Sequence record: PQ390715.1
Direction: 5' to 3' (one strand)
DNA: 64,000 nucleotides
Positions 11,074 through 20,910 of the stretch are shown here, piece after piece; the stretch's first letter is position 1; each line of letters starts with the position of its first letter. The notes under the pieces are model-generated. The model was not told the origin of the DNA and ran no database searches. It saw only the letters and a list, made by a program, of their open reading frames with translations. Both the position numbers and the translations under genes were made by a program.

Positions 11074-12594
11074 TCATTTCCTTTGATTTAACCATTGCTT
11101 CATTGCATGAACACGATCAGTACCAGCATGTGTCTGTGGATTCTGTATTTCGTTTTGTGTCGTAGAGTTAGGAGCACTATCAGTATTTAGTGTTACTGTA
11201 TTGTCAGGTTGCACAGATGGTGATTTAGCTGCACCAGAAAGCGAATGACGTAATGTTTGCATAGTGCTGGGTGGTAACGCCATGTTCCCTCCACCAATCT
11301 TAGAAACACCGCTGTGACGGAATCCATTACCTTCGGTTTCCATTTGTTGTACTGTAGTTGCGTGGTCAAGAACTCTCAATGAATCAATATCATATGACAT
11401 ACGCAAACGGGAACCTACTGCACTACTGTTACGTGTTTTTTGGAAATCAAACCATAGTTCGCCAGTTTCTTTTTTTGCTTCAATATAAATTACGTTATCA
11501 GCAGTATAAATTTTTGAAATACCACCAGCAATCTGACTTTGACTTTTCTTATCTTCGTCCATACCACTACGGTTAAACTGAGATGCAGTGAAAACAGTCA
11601 AATCCATTTTGGATGCAAGAGCACGTAATTCTTCTGATACAAATTTATCTTTAGTAAATGTATTGGATTTATCATTTGGTCCAAGACGATTAGAAGTTAA
11701 TAGATCCAAATAGTCCACGCATACATAATCAAGTTTGATTTCCATCTTAATTTGTAATTCACGTAGATAACTTTCAATATCGTCTGTGGTTGTTACAGAT
11801 TCAGGTAAGCGTTTAATACGCAACATACCACTGTTTTTACCTTCAACTTTAACAGCAAATCCAATCTTTTCAGCTTCATTTTTTACGTTACTGAGTTTTG
11901 ATTCAGTCATCATACCATAGATACGAACAGCAACCAACTCTTCAGCTAGTTCAAGTGAAATGTATGCACCATTCATTCCAGCTTTCGCAAAGTTAACTGC
12001 TAAATTTTGCAGTACTACTGATTTACCACCACCTGATGCAGCAGCAAAGATCTCTAACTCTCTACGCCCAAATCCACCGAAAAGTTTGTAATCAAGAGTT
12101 TCCCAACCACTCTTAAATGATCCTTGCATTGTACTGAGTGAGCGGATTGTATCTTCAGGGTTTTCAAAAATATCCAAACCTAACTCATTCTGTACCGTTA
12201 CCAACATTGCTTCTCGGATTAGTTCTTCGATTCCACCATATTTTTTCTGATGGACAAGTTCCATTCCTTTTTCAACGGCTAAAGCTAATGCTTTATGGCG
12301 ACAAAATTCACCACAGGTATCAAGTACTGATTGTTTATGTAATTCTTGAACTTCATATTGATCGTATTGATAACCACCTTTAACTTCAATATCTTTCAAA
12401 GTAGGTGATGAACTATATTTTGCAGCATAATCATGCACGTATTGAATACTTTCATGAAATGTTTTATCAAAATATTCTGGTTTAAGGATATTTTTACAAC
12501 GTACATATAAATCAGGATTACTGAAAATCTGAGATAATAAGTATTGTTGTGCATTAATCCCATATTGTTTCACATCCACTGTGCTTTGAATCAT
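11074..12594 (-). CDS. Replicative DNA helicase (T4 gp41/DnaB-like)
   Basis: Walker A ASGGGKS, YISLEL, VCVDYLDLL, FTASQFNR, KTRNS. Confidence 0.93.
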   Translation of the reverse strand: MIQSTVDVKQYGINAQQYLLSQIFSNPDLYVRCKNILKPEYFDKTFHESIQYVHDYAAKYSSSPTLKDIEVKGGYQYDQYEVQELHKQSVLDTCGEFCRHKALALAVEKGMELVHQKKYGGIEELIREAMLVTVQNELGLDIFENPEDTIRSLSTMQGSFKSGWETLDYKLFGGFGRRELEIFAAASGGGKSVVLQNLAVNFAKAGMNGAYISLELAEELVAVRIYGMMTESKLSNVKNEAEKIGFAVKVEGKNSGMLRIKRLPESVTTTDDIESYLRELQIKMEIKLDYVCVDYLDLLTSNRLGPNDKSNTFTKDKFVSEELRALASKMDLTVFTASQFNRSGMDEDKKSQSQIAGGISKIYTADNVIYIEAKKETGELWFDFQKTRNSSAVGSRLRMSYDIDSLRVLDHATTVQQMETEGNGFRHSGVSKIGGGNMALPPSTMQTLRHSLSGAAKSPSVQPDNTVTLNTDSAPNSTTQNEIQNPQTHAGTDRVHAMKQWLNQRK

Positions 12595-12616
12595 CTATGT
12601 TCCCTCATTATATGTA

Positions 12617-13672
12617 TTACATCCATTTATCCGTTTGAGCTTTAATATAAAATGGCTCATCTACTATACTATCATGTATTAATTGTAAACAAAATAACCT
12701 ACCAAATCGTGCACAAGCTTCTTCAAAGTCTTTGATATGACGTATTGTACTACCTTCTCTTACAGCACCAAAGTCTGGGAAGGAAACACTGAATCCATTT
12801 TCAAGTGCTTGGTCTATAGTTATTAATCCATCTTTATCTCTATCTGGAACAATAACTATTTTTTTACCTTTTTGCTGTGCATCTTTTAATACATCAATCT
12901 GTACGTTTGATAATTTAAAGTTATTAGCAGATACACCACCCATTAATGCTGCGTCTAACGGACCCTCACATACTAAAATTGTTTTTATTCGTTCATCTTT
13001 TAATAAATCATAATTATATAGTATATTAGTACTTACTTGATTTATGAACCTGTATGTACTTCCAGGATCTTTTAATTTATGTCGTGCAGTATAACCAATA
13101 ATTTTACCATTCATGAAATATGGAATAATAAATCTGTCATACATTTTATGTTCTTTATTAGGTGACCAATATAATTCTAAGTCTAACAGATATGGGTTTC
13201 TTTCATTGACATTATGCAAAACACTTATAAATTCTTGTGGAATTTTATCTTCAGGTAAAGAAGCCCATTCCCAAAATGTTTTTGCATTTGATGGCAAATC
13301 ACGTACTGTTACTCGGTCATACAATTTTGATGCAACAGTTTCTTGTGCAGCAAAATCACCGCTGTCAACCATTTCTTTAATATAAAACTTAACTAATTCT
13401 ATTTCTTTATCTTGTGCACCAAAAGAAATGAGCAAAGACTCCATATCTTTGCTCATATATTTTCCTGGTTGCCAACCAGTTTTTAAACTACAGTTAAAGC
13501 AGTTATATGAAACGGAACCATCTGCATTGAACATATGATTACCACGGTGCTTTGTATCCGGCCTTGAATGTCCTCTGAACACACAAGCTGGACAGTTGTG
13601 TTGTGACCATGTACCAATCGCAGGTACTGGATCATTCATAATTTGTGCCATTATGTTTTGTACAGCGTTCAT
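12617..13672 (-). CDS. DNA primase (T4 gp61-like)
   Basis: Zn ribbon CPAC...H...CFNC; TOPRIM VCEGPLDA and PDRDKDG. Confidence 0.9.
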   Translation of the reverse strand: MNAVQNIMAQIMNDPVPAIGTWSQHNCPACVFRGHSRPDTKHRGNHMFNADGSVSYNCFNCSLKTGWQPGKYMSKDMESLLISFGAQDKEIELVKFYIKEMVDSGDFAAQETVASKLYDRVTVRDLPSNAKTFWEWASLPEDKIPQEFISVLHNVNERNPYLLDLELYWSPNKEHKMYDRFIIPYFMNGKIIGYTARHKLKDPGSTYRFINQVSTNILYNYDLLKDERIKTILVCEGPLDAALMGGVSANNFKLSNVQIDVLKDAQQKGKKIVIVPDRDKDGLITIDQALENGFSVSFPDFGAVREGSTIRHIKDFEEACARFGRLFCLQLIHDSIVDEPFYIKAQTDKWM

Positions 13673-13701
13673 AAGTTAATCCTTGTCTTTTCTTACAAAT
13701 G

Positions 13702-13730
13702 ATTATAGCACACCTTCTAGTTTTGTCTCA
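13702..13730 (-). promoter_or_regulatory. Phage promoter TGAGACA-N16-TATAAT for primase-helicase
   Basis: Conserved motif copy directly upstream of the primase. Confidence 0.85.
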
Positions 13731-14705
13731 TCTACGTATCAAAATTTTAGGTACTGTTAGGAAAGGGTCATACACTTTTCGGACAGCAGCATAGTCATAT
13801 GGTACTGGAACAATTTTGGGATGAATAGCAACCACCAAACGTAACCACATATAATTTCCTTTAAAATTAAATGCTTGTATTCCGTCAAGTTCTTTTGGAA
13901 AACCTTCTGAATCAATTCCATTTTCAATATAATCCTTTCCATCTAATTTAATAATAAACCATTTATAGTTTTCATTATCATTAGGTACGTTGTTACACAA
14001 GCACCCTTGTAGCTGTATTCTACCAATAAATTTATCAAAATAGATTGCAATACTACTTAATCCATCTACTAATCCAAACTGCATTTGTGCTGGTAGTGGA
14101 GTTGATGCGAGAATATCATATTCACCAATCATACCATTTCCAATTGGTTCATGATATAAACGCTTTATAGTTGTCCATGCTGGATTTTTATTAACTGATA
14201 TTTCAGTACTGGGGACAAATACAGGTGCTGCTTGGTCTGAAATTATTAGCTCTGCTGATGCCTCAAAGTTCATCCCTGTGTATAGATATTGTGTTGGTTC
14301 TATAAGTGAACCATCCATTGTTACTTTAGTAATGCTCCATCTATATTTTGAACCAGGACTGGTATCTTGAATAACTCCTGCTGGAACAATACATCCATAA
14401 TATACTTTCTTTTTATTTCCTAATGTTTGTCTTGCTTGTCCACTTTCTGATAACCAACTGGGTTCTTGTTTTTCTAATACAACATCAAATAGTTTAGTAT
14501 TATTTCGTGCATCAAAAATCATAAATGTAAGATATTCATTATCTTTCAATAAAGTATATTTTCCATCAGCGTTGTGAACAGTAAAAGATAAATTATTATT
14601 TGCCCCTCTATATATAGTTAGTTTTTCATTGCTATATGGCATATTAAAATTGCCCAATGATACTTCCTGATTATAAGGGTACATAAACACGCCGTGATGA
14701 GCCAT
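13728..14705 (-). CDS. Hypothetical, probably structural protein (start re-assigned to MAHHG)
   Basis: GGAAGG RBS before ATG at 14705 and an ATAAATA element upstream; the ORF-track start at 14771 overlaps the divergent gene. Confidence 0.65.
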   Translation of the reverse strand: MAHHGVFMYPYNQEVSLGNFNMPYSNEKLTIYRGANNNLSFTVHNADGKYTLLKDNEYLTFMIFDARNNTKLFDVVLEKQEPSWLSESGQARQTLGNKKKVYYGCIVPAGVIQDTSPGSKYRWSITKVTMDGSLIEPTQYLYTGMNFEASAELIISDQAAPVFVPSTEISVNKNPAWTTIKRLYHEPIGNGMIGEYDILASTPLPAQMQFGLVDGLSSIAIYFDKFIGRIQLQGCLCNNVPNDNENYKWFIIKLDGKDYIENGIDSEGFPKELDGIQAFNFKGNYMWLRLVVAIHPKIVPVPYDYAAVRKVYDPFLTVPKILIRR

Positions 14706-14714
14706 AGTTTTTCC

Positions 14715-14757
14715 TTCCATAAATAATAGGTATAAATTTATACTAATATTTATGGAA
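14715..14757. promoter_or_regulatory. Palindromic pair of face-to-face late-type (ATAAATA) promoters
   Basis: TTCCATAAATA...GTATAAATTTATAC...TATTTATGGAA near-perfect inverted repeat between divergent genes. Confidence 0.6.
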
Positions 14758-14762
14758 CTAAT

Positions 14763-15116
14763 ATGAATCAATATAACACTATTCCACCATTCATTACTGT
14801 AATCCAGTATGATGGTAAAACGTTTGTTGGTATCATCAAAATCAAAAGCAAACAGTATACAACTCTTTACTGTTTCGATGATATGGATGATTCAATGCAA
14901 GACGAATTGTTAGGTATAGCACACGATTGGTGGTGGCAAAGTAATAGAACCATTCCAGTTTGTCTATTCTTTCAAGAAGAGATGGAGAAATTTGAACCGT
15001 ACACACAGAGATTCGATACACCGTCGGTGAATTTCGTATGTGGTCCAGTAGTTTCTTTAAGCAATTTGCCACAGAAACGCATCAAGCGTCGTAATGTGGC
15101 TCTTAAGAAGAAGTAA
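14763..15116 (+). CDS. Hypothetical protein
   Basis: 117 aa, lone plus-strand gene in a minus-strand block; GGA RBS. Confidence 0.75.
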   Translation: MNQYNTIPPFITVIQYDGKTFVGIIKIKSKQYTTLYCFDDMDDSMQDELLGIAHDWWWQSNRTIPVCLFFQEEMEKFEPYTQRFDTPSVNFVCGPVVSLSNLPQKRIKRRNVALKKK

Positions 15117-15741
15117 GATGTTCAACTAAAGCATTTAGTTGTACAACAATCATTAAGCTATATGCGTAAGCATGTGGCTTTTTGAAATATCGTAATTTAT
15201 TTCCTGCTTGGTCAGTGCCTATAGTACTATAATCCCATATGGTAGCTTTAACTTCGTCCCATGTGTTCATACTTTGGCACTGCCTTTTTCCTGGGCGAAT
15301 CATTGCAATAAACATTGCTAGTTCGTCTATAGATTTAGGCTTCCATACATTTAATAAAGTTACATGTTTTTTAATTTGCGATAGATGTTCTACAATTTCG
15401 GGTTCTAACAATAGATCCCAATTTGGTTCCTGATTCATTAGTTCTTTTAAATGCTCTCTATCACGAACATACATGTAAGCTGACTGTGAAAGAATATCAA
15501 CTTTTTGATACCCTAACCTTTCAGCTTCTTTATATTGTATACTTGCCAATCCAGTGATTGGATCAATAGGTATATTATCAAAATGAACACCACTATTATG
15601 GGGGATTAAACCATCCTCCGTAATTTTTTCAGTACTTCGCACACATGGAAGTTTAGCGATTACGCTTTTACTATCCTTGAAGTCAATGTCAATATCAGTT
15701 CGGGCTTTTCTATAATGTTTAGAATCGGTCGAATCCTGCAT
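15103..15741 (-). CDS. Minimal DnaE-like (C-family DNA polymerase III alpha core) protein
   Basis: TDIDIDF, HNSGVH, LGYQKVDILS, IAMIRPG, FKKPHAYAY align in order with DnaE PDFDVDF, HAGGVV, GLVKFDFLG, ALFRPG, FNKSHSAAY. Confidence 0.85.
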   Translation of the reverse strand: MQDSTDSKHYRKARTDIDIDFKDSKSVIAKLPCVRSTEKITEDGLIPHNSGVHFDNIPIDPITGLASIQYKEAERLGYQKVDILSQSAYMYVRDREHLKELMNQEPNWDLLLEPEIVEHLSQIKKHVTLLNVWKPKSIDELAMFIAMIRPGKRQCQSMNTWDEVKATIWDYSTIGTDQAGNKLRYFKKPHAYAYSLMIVVQLNALVEHLTSS

Positions 15742-16048
15742 TTTTTATTTGCTCCTGTAACTGTTTAACTGTATTAGTCAAAGTTGATATTTGATTCTCT
15801 AATAATCTACAATTTTGTTTTGTCTTTGCCAATTCTTGACTTAAACTGAAAAAGCGTTCTTCGTGTCTTTCTACCAAAGAAATAATTTTTTCAATACGAG
15901 CAGGATCATGAACTTGAAATGTTTTACCATCTAAAGTTATTTCAGTAATAGATCCTTGTCTAAGTAGAGATATTTGTTTTGATTTTTGTTCTTTAGGTAC
16001 AGGTACATACCCTTCTGGTATTTTATTATATATACTTTTTCCATTCAT
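15719..16048 (-). CDS. Hypothetical coiled-coil protein
   Basis: C-terminal heptads (LSQELAKTKQNCRLLENQISTL). Confidence 0.7.
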   Translation of the reverse strand: MNGKSIYNKIPEGYVPVPKEQKSKQISLLRQGSITEITLDGKTFQVHDPARIEKIISLVERHEERFFSLSQELAKTKQNCRLLENQISTLTNTVKQLQEQIKNAGFDRF

Positions 16049-16755
16049 AATCCTGCCTCACATAGCATAATCTTAATTTCATCACAATCCTTTTTGTATT
16101 TTATAGTTTTTATTTCAAAATAACTTGGATCGATGTATTTAAGTATATATTCAATTTCTGAGTTTGATAGTTTTTTAAAAAACTTATTAGTACTTTTTTT
16201 AGGAGCAAGCCAGATAATCCAAGGTGAAATTTTACCACTCTCAATCCATGCAATTGCACGGGCAGAACTTACATTTTCAAAGAAAGTATTCCATTGTACA
16301 TTCAAATTTTCAGCCCATTCAACTAGTGAGATAACACTTCTTGCAATTGCTTCTTTTGGGTGCTCGGCACGAATTGTTTTTAATATCCATTCATCTTTTG
16401 CTTTATATGTACTCCATTCCGTGATTGGTTTGTTATTGATAATCAAGTACTTTACAAACTCGTCCACATTAATAATATCTCTATTATTCAAATAGTATTC
16501 GGCAAAACTATAAAAATCATTAAAGTACTTTGACTTTATAAAAGCAATAAAAGGCTCTACACCTTTTTTAAATGGGAACTTATTCAATTCCATAAATTGC
16601 ATATATATACGAAAAGCCTCCATCATCTGGCGGCTTTGGCGGTCTTCGTATCGGTCACGTTTTATACATTTATGTGTGTTTACAGTTTCTTCACGTTTAA
16701 ATTCACGATCACAAAATCTACAGGTATATACTTTATTACTTGATTTCTTTGCCAT
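16045..16755 (-). CDS. Hypothetical protein with N-terminal zinc finger
   Basis: YTCRFCDREFKREETVNTHKC. Confidence 0.7.
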   Translation of the reverse strand: MAKKSSNKVYTCRFCDREFKREETVNTHKCIKRDRYEDRQSRQMMEAFRIYMQFMELNKFPFKKGVEPFIAFIKSKYFNDFYSFAEYYLNNRDIINVDEFVKYLIINNKPITEWSTYKAKDEWILKTIRAEHPKEAIARSVISLVEWAENLNVQWNTFFENVSSARAIAWIESGKISPWIIWLAPKKSTNKFFKKLSNSEIEYILKYIDPSYFEIKTIKYKKDCDEIKIMLCEAGL

Positions 16756-17581
16756 ATTTTTTACATTCTTCTTTAAACAATTTCATCATAGATTTCTTTT
16801 CATTATCTTGAAAACCATTATTGTCAAGAAATGTCTCAAATGTTTTTTTATCATACTGCAATAGAACAATTTTGTACTCATCTTCATTCATTTGAGTAGA
16901 TATAGTATCAGGTTGTGAGCTTTTAATTAACTCAAATAATTCGTTATTTGCCTTTTTGAAATTCTTAGAAAAGTTTAACCAGTTACGTGGCATTTCTTGT
17001 CCACCAATCATATCATGGACTGAACACATAAGCTGATATACTAATTCTGGATGTTCTTTCATATCCCAAAATCCATCATTAACCATATCATTTAGCATAA
17101 TAAGTTGGTATTTGACAACTTCAGTATCTACTAATGAAACAATTTCGGAACCTGATACGCCAAATTCGACCATTGAGGATATTAATTTTTGTGCGTCATC
17201 TTTTGATTGGACTGCAAATTTAATACGCCAATCATAATCACTATGACAGTACTTAGTTACTGATGAAACATTTGTCCCTGAAGACTTTAATTCAGTAACT
17301 AGTTCAGTCAGTGCTTCTTTACCACCAGATTTCCATTTACCAAATACACTTTCAACTTTACTACTAGGGTAGGTTACTTGTAACGAATCATCTAAAGAGC
17401 TTACCCATCGCAAAACAGTATATGGAGTAAACTCTTTTCGTTCTTTTTCGGTCATGTCATTATAGTACTTATAATCAGCACGGTCAATGTGTTTTAGAAA
17501 TTCAGCAATAGAAAAAGAATGCTGTGTTGGTTTTTCATCATCATCGACCGACTTATTTTTAATATCACTGAAATCAAACAC
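16736..17581 (-). CDS. Possible clamp-loader small subunit (gp62-like) with insertion
   Basis: FL..ID...Y....FTPYTVLRWVSS and LNDMVN..FW....HPEL pattern; location in replication block; weak similarity. Confidence 0.4.
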   Translation of the reverse strand: MFDFSDIKNKSVDDDEKPTQHSFSIAEFLKHIDRADYKYYNDMTEKERKEFTPYTVLRWVSSLDDSLQVTYPSSKVESVFGKWKSGGKEALTELVTELKSSGTNVSSVTKYCHSDYDWRIKFAVQSKDDAQKLISSMVEFGVSGSEIVSLVDTEVVKYQLIMLNDMVNDGFWDMKEHPELVYQLMCSVHDMIGGQEMPRNWLNFSKNFKKANNELFELIKSSQPDTISTQMNEDEYKIVLLQYDKKTFETFLDNNGFQDNEKKSMMKLFKEECKKYGKEIK

Positions 17582-17585
17582 TATT

Positions 17586-18083
17586 TTATACTCCTAGATA
17601 CAAATCTTGAATTTTTTCGTTTTCATCTGCAAAGTACACACATGGTGGATTTTCACCACTATGTAGTGGGACGCATAGTAAATTCTTTTTAGGTAACATT
17701 GGTATCTGCCACTTTGTAGTTAATGCAAATACACGTAGTACTTTGACTGGTTCAAACTTAGGATACATTGAACGGATAGGATTGTAAACAAAAGCTTTTG
17801 GTTCTTTCATGTTAAGAATGTTTTCAATTGTACACATCTCAACCATACCAGTTTCTTCATCACCTAACATAATTTGCCATCCTAGAGGCACTTGAATAAT
17901 CTTTTCACCAATTTGAAGATCAGCACTAATACTATTAAATGATACGGTGTTTAGAATATGTCTAAAATAAAAATCAGATTCACCATTTGGGCTTAGATCC
18001 AAAACACAATACATTTCTTCAGGGATATGTTCTGTTACTAAATCCATGTCAAAAGAATTATTTTCAGGTGTTAATACGTTCAT
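17586..18083 (-). CDS. Hypothetical protein
   Basis: 165 aa ORF two genes downstream of uvsW. Confidence 0.75.
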   Translation of the reverse strand: MNVLTPENNSFDMDLVTEHIPEEMYCVLDLSPNGESDFYFRHILNTVSFNSISADLQIGEKIIQVPLGWQIMLGDEETGMVEMCTIENILNMKEPKAFVYNPIRSMYPKFEPVKVLRVFALTTKWQIPMLPKKNLLCVPLHSGENPPCVYFADENEKIQDLYLGV

Positions 18084-18092
18084 GTCATCTCC

Positions 18093-18521
18093 TTAGTACT
18101 GCGAATCTTCTTCGTCATCATAATATTCTTCATCATCTTGGTCTTCTACCCCATAAAATTCAAGTCCATAAGTTTCACACATCTCTTGAATTTTATCTAC
18201 ATCAGTATCCAGATATGAATCAAAATTACCACTTAGACTTACTACATCAATAAAAGTTTTCGTGTCAGTACTTGCATAGATGATATCATATTTCAATGAT
18301 TCTACTTTAGAATCAATTCGTGTCTGTAATTCATAGATATTAATCCAAGAATCACTATCAATATTACATCTCCATACGTTAGTATCATCCGTTTCTAGCT
18401 CAGGTATATAGTCAAGAGAAGATACCATGTCATCCATAATACCATCATCGTTCAACAATACATCCATAACTTCTAAAGTTTCTTGGTCACAAATAAAAGC
18501 AATACTAGATCTCAATTCCAT
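18093..18521 (-). CDS. Acidic hypothetical protein
   Basis: 142 aa, Asp/Glu-rich; preceded by the promoter motif. Confidence 0.75.
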   Translation of the reverse strand: MELRSSIAFICDQETLEVMDVLLNDDGIMDDMVSSLDYIPELETDDTNVWRCNIDSDSWINIYELQTRIDSKVESLKYDIIYASTDTKTFIDVVSLSGNFDSYLDTDVDKIQEMCETYGLEFYGVEDQDDEEYYDDEEDSQY

Positions 18522-18555
18522 TTTATTTTACATCCTTGTTGTTGTCATATGACAC

Positions 18556-18584
18556 ATTATATCACAAACAGCGGGTTTATCCCG
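18556..18584 (-). promoter_or_regulatory. Phage promoter CGGGATA-N16-TATAAT overlapping a hairpin
   Basis: Motif copy whose -35 lies in ACAGCGGG-tttat-CCCGCTGT at the end of uvsW. Confidence 0.7.
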
Positions 18585-20061
18585 CTGTGTTTTCCCAATC
18601 TTTAACATCTATTATACTATGAGGATATTGTGCTTCCTTATAGTAAGCTAAACGTTCTCGTAAATGCTTAGCACTATACTTATTAGAACCACTAATATCA
18701 TATATTTCTACGTGGTCTTTATCTTCTGCTCGGCGTAATCCACGTCCAATTGACTGTATAGTTCTTACAAAACTTTTTCCTGGCTCAATCAATACTACAT
18801 TATATAACCTTGAAATACTAATACCAGTACTGGCAACGCCGTATGTCGCAATAAGTATTTTATTATCAGCCCAACGAATTTCACCATAAGATGATTCTCG
18901 ATCTTTCTTTTTAGTTTCTCCACGAACGAATTCTGATTTGGGAATGCCTAAAAATTCACATAGCAACTCACCTGCTTCAAGTCTATCTACTAAAACTAAA
19001 GTGTTTCCTGATTCAGATAACGCAGATATCAATGACGCTACATATGCCATCCTATCTCTGTCAGTTACTAAGTATTTCAACTCTTCAGCATATGATGCAA
19101 ACTTCATACTACTTTTTAGTTTGATGCAATTCACATTACATGTACTTAGTATTTGTTTATCTTGTAATTCCTTTGCAGTTATTTTAAATATAACATCACC
19201 AACATTACATTTGATTTTCGCGGCAACTACCGGATCTTTAGGAATTGTTCCAGTAAGACCCCAACGTAATGGTACGTTATTCATAACTTTAGAAAGTACT
19301 TGAACTAATGCGTCACCGCCTGCACCTTGACACTCATCAACGATAACACAAACTACTCCATCGATAAAATCATTCACGTCTTGTTCAGTTAATTCAATTT
19401 CACCTTTCTTGGTTTTCTTCCATAGAGAGTTAAATGATTGCCAAGTCGTAATAGTATGTTGGTGACCAAAATCTTTTTGTGAACCATAGAACATGCCAGT
19501 ATCCAACCCACACATAATGTAGTCATCATATGTTTGTTGTACTAAGTCAGTACTTGGTACTATTATAACAGAACGTCCATACTCTTGCACTTTCTTTGAC
19601 AATGCAGCAGTAATGAGAGTTTTACCTGCACCAGTAGCTGCCAATAGCAGTCCGTGTGGATTAGCCAAACATGCATTAACCGCATTAACTTGATGTTCAC
19701 GTAGTTTTATGGATTTACCTTCCATGTGGTGTCCTGCACCGAATACAACATCACTAAAAATATCTTCATCAATGGGGTCAAATTTAAATCCATAATCTAC
19801 CCTATGATCTACTAATTCAATGTCAATCTTAGCTTCATCAAGAATAGGCAATAACTTATCTAACATATGATAATAAGTTGTCCCGCCTAAATTCATAAAC
19901 TGAACTTTACCATCCCAACGTCCAATACGTCCTGCTGGTGTGAACTTTGCATATGGTAACACATATTCAGTTGCACGAATCATCTTTTGTCTAATTGAGG
20001 GATCAAGTCCCTCAAATTTACAATTCACCTCATCCAATAAGGTTAACTTACAAGTTTTCAT
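18577..20061 (-). CDS. uvsW: UvsW-like SF2 DNA helicase
   Basis: AATGAGKT, VIVDECQ, GLTGT, ATYGVASTGISI, QSIGRGLR. Confidence 0.93.
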   Translation of the reverse strand: MKTCKLTLLDEVNCKFEGLDPSIRQKMIRATEYVLPYAKFTPAGRIGRWDGKVQFMNLGGTTYYHMLDKLLPILDEAKIDIELVDHRVDYGFKFDPIDEDIFSDVVFGAGHHMEGKSIKLREHQVNAVNACLANPHGLLLAATGAGKTLITAALSKKVQEYGRSVIIVPSTDLVQQTYDDYIMCGLDTGMFYGSQKDFGHQHTITTWQSFNSLWKKTKKGEIELTEQDVNDFIDGVVCVIVDECQGAGGDALVQVLSKVMNNVPLRWGLTGTIPKDPVVAAKIKCNVGDVIFKITAKELQDKQILSTCNVNCIKLKSSMKFASYAEELKYLVTDRDRMAYVASLISALSESGNTLVLVDRLEAGELLCEFLGIPKSEFVRGETKKKDRESSYGEIRWADNKILIATYGVASTGISISRLYNVVLIEPGKSFVRTIQSIGRGLRRAEDKDHVEIYDISGSNKYSAKHLRERLAYYKEAQYPHSIIDVKDWENTAG

Positions 20062-20076
20062 CCATGATTACCTTTA

Positions 20077-20895
20077 TTAATTAGTTCGAGTATTATATTC
20101 GTACTCAAATGTATATACTAAATCTTTATCACAGTTAGGGTTACTTGCATCTAAAATGTCACTATTAGCAATCATCCATTCAATGTAATTCAATGGAACT
20201 GTACTCATTGGCTCACCTTTGTGTTTACCAAATGGCATGAATTGATAACGCATTGGTGTGTTGCAGAAAGTTACAATTTGCTCACCAATATCACCATTAG
20301 GTTCAATATGTCCACGTTCGATTGCAATTTCAACTAATTTGATTAGAACCTGATAACACATGAACACATCGTCTTTTGCTGCGTGTGCATTAACAGGTCG
20401 ATGAACATCACGATAACATCCAAACTTATACCACAAATAACTTAGAGTTAAGTTTTTAAATTCAATATCTTCTGCGAACATTTTCTTAGCAAGACGAAGG
20501 GTACAAATCCATTTATTTTCATCAAGTAAGTACTGTGAAATTGAGTTACGATATTTATATTCGTTATCTACCATCATTCTACGGTCAAATTGTACATTAT
20601 GACCAACAAAATACTTACGGCATCCCATAAGTGCATCAATGTTATCTAAATCATCTTTATACCCAACACAATTAGCTACATCCTCAGTACTGATAAAGTG
20701 CACAGCAGATGCCTCTGGTGGAATATCTTTCAAGGGTTTGTATCTCAATGTATAGTTATCAATAGTATCAATGTTTTCATGTGAAGTATGTGGATACGAG
20801 ATACTAAATTCAATAATATCATCTTCACTCTCAACCCCAGTAGTTTCAGTATCTAGAACTGCTACATTTGATAAAAACTCATTTAATTTTGTCAT
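20077..20895 (-). CDS. DEDDh 3'-5' exonuclease (ExoX/DnaQ-like)
   Basis: LDTETTG, GHNVQFD, HAAKDD; C-terminal MPFGKHKG...VPLNYIEW domain. Confidence 0.9.
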   Translation of the reverse strand: MTKLNEFLSNVAVLDTETTGVESEDDIIEFSISYPHTSHENIDTIDNYTLRYKPLKDIPPEASAVHFISTEDVANCVGYKDDLDNIDALMGCRKYFVGHNVQFDRRMMVDNEYKYRNSISQYLLDENKWICTLRLAKKMFAEDIEFKNLTLSYLWYKFGCYRDVHRPVNAHAAKDDVFMCYQVLIKLVEIAIERGHIEPNGDIGEQIVTFCNTPMRYQFMPFGKHKGEPMSTVPLNYIEWMIANSDILDASNPNCDKDLVYTFEYEYNTRTN

Positions 20896-20910
20896 TTTAT
20901 TCTCGCATAG

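Noticed and set aside
14706-14771. Apparent overlap of divergent ORFs 13728-14771 and 14763-15116
   Set aside because: Artefact of longest-ORF calling; the RBS-supported start is 14705.
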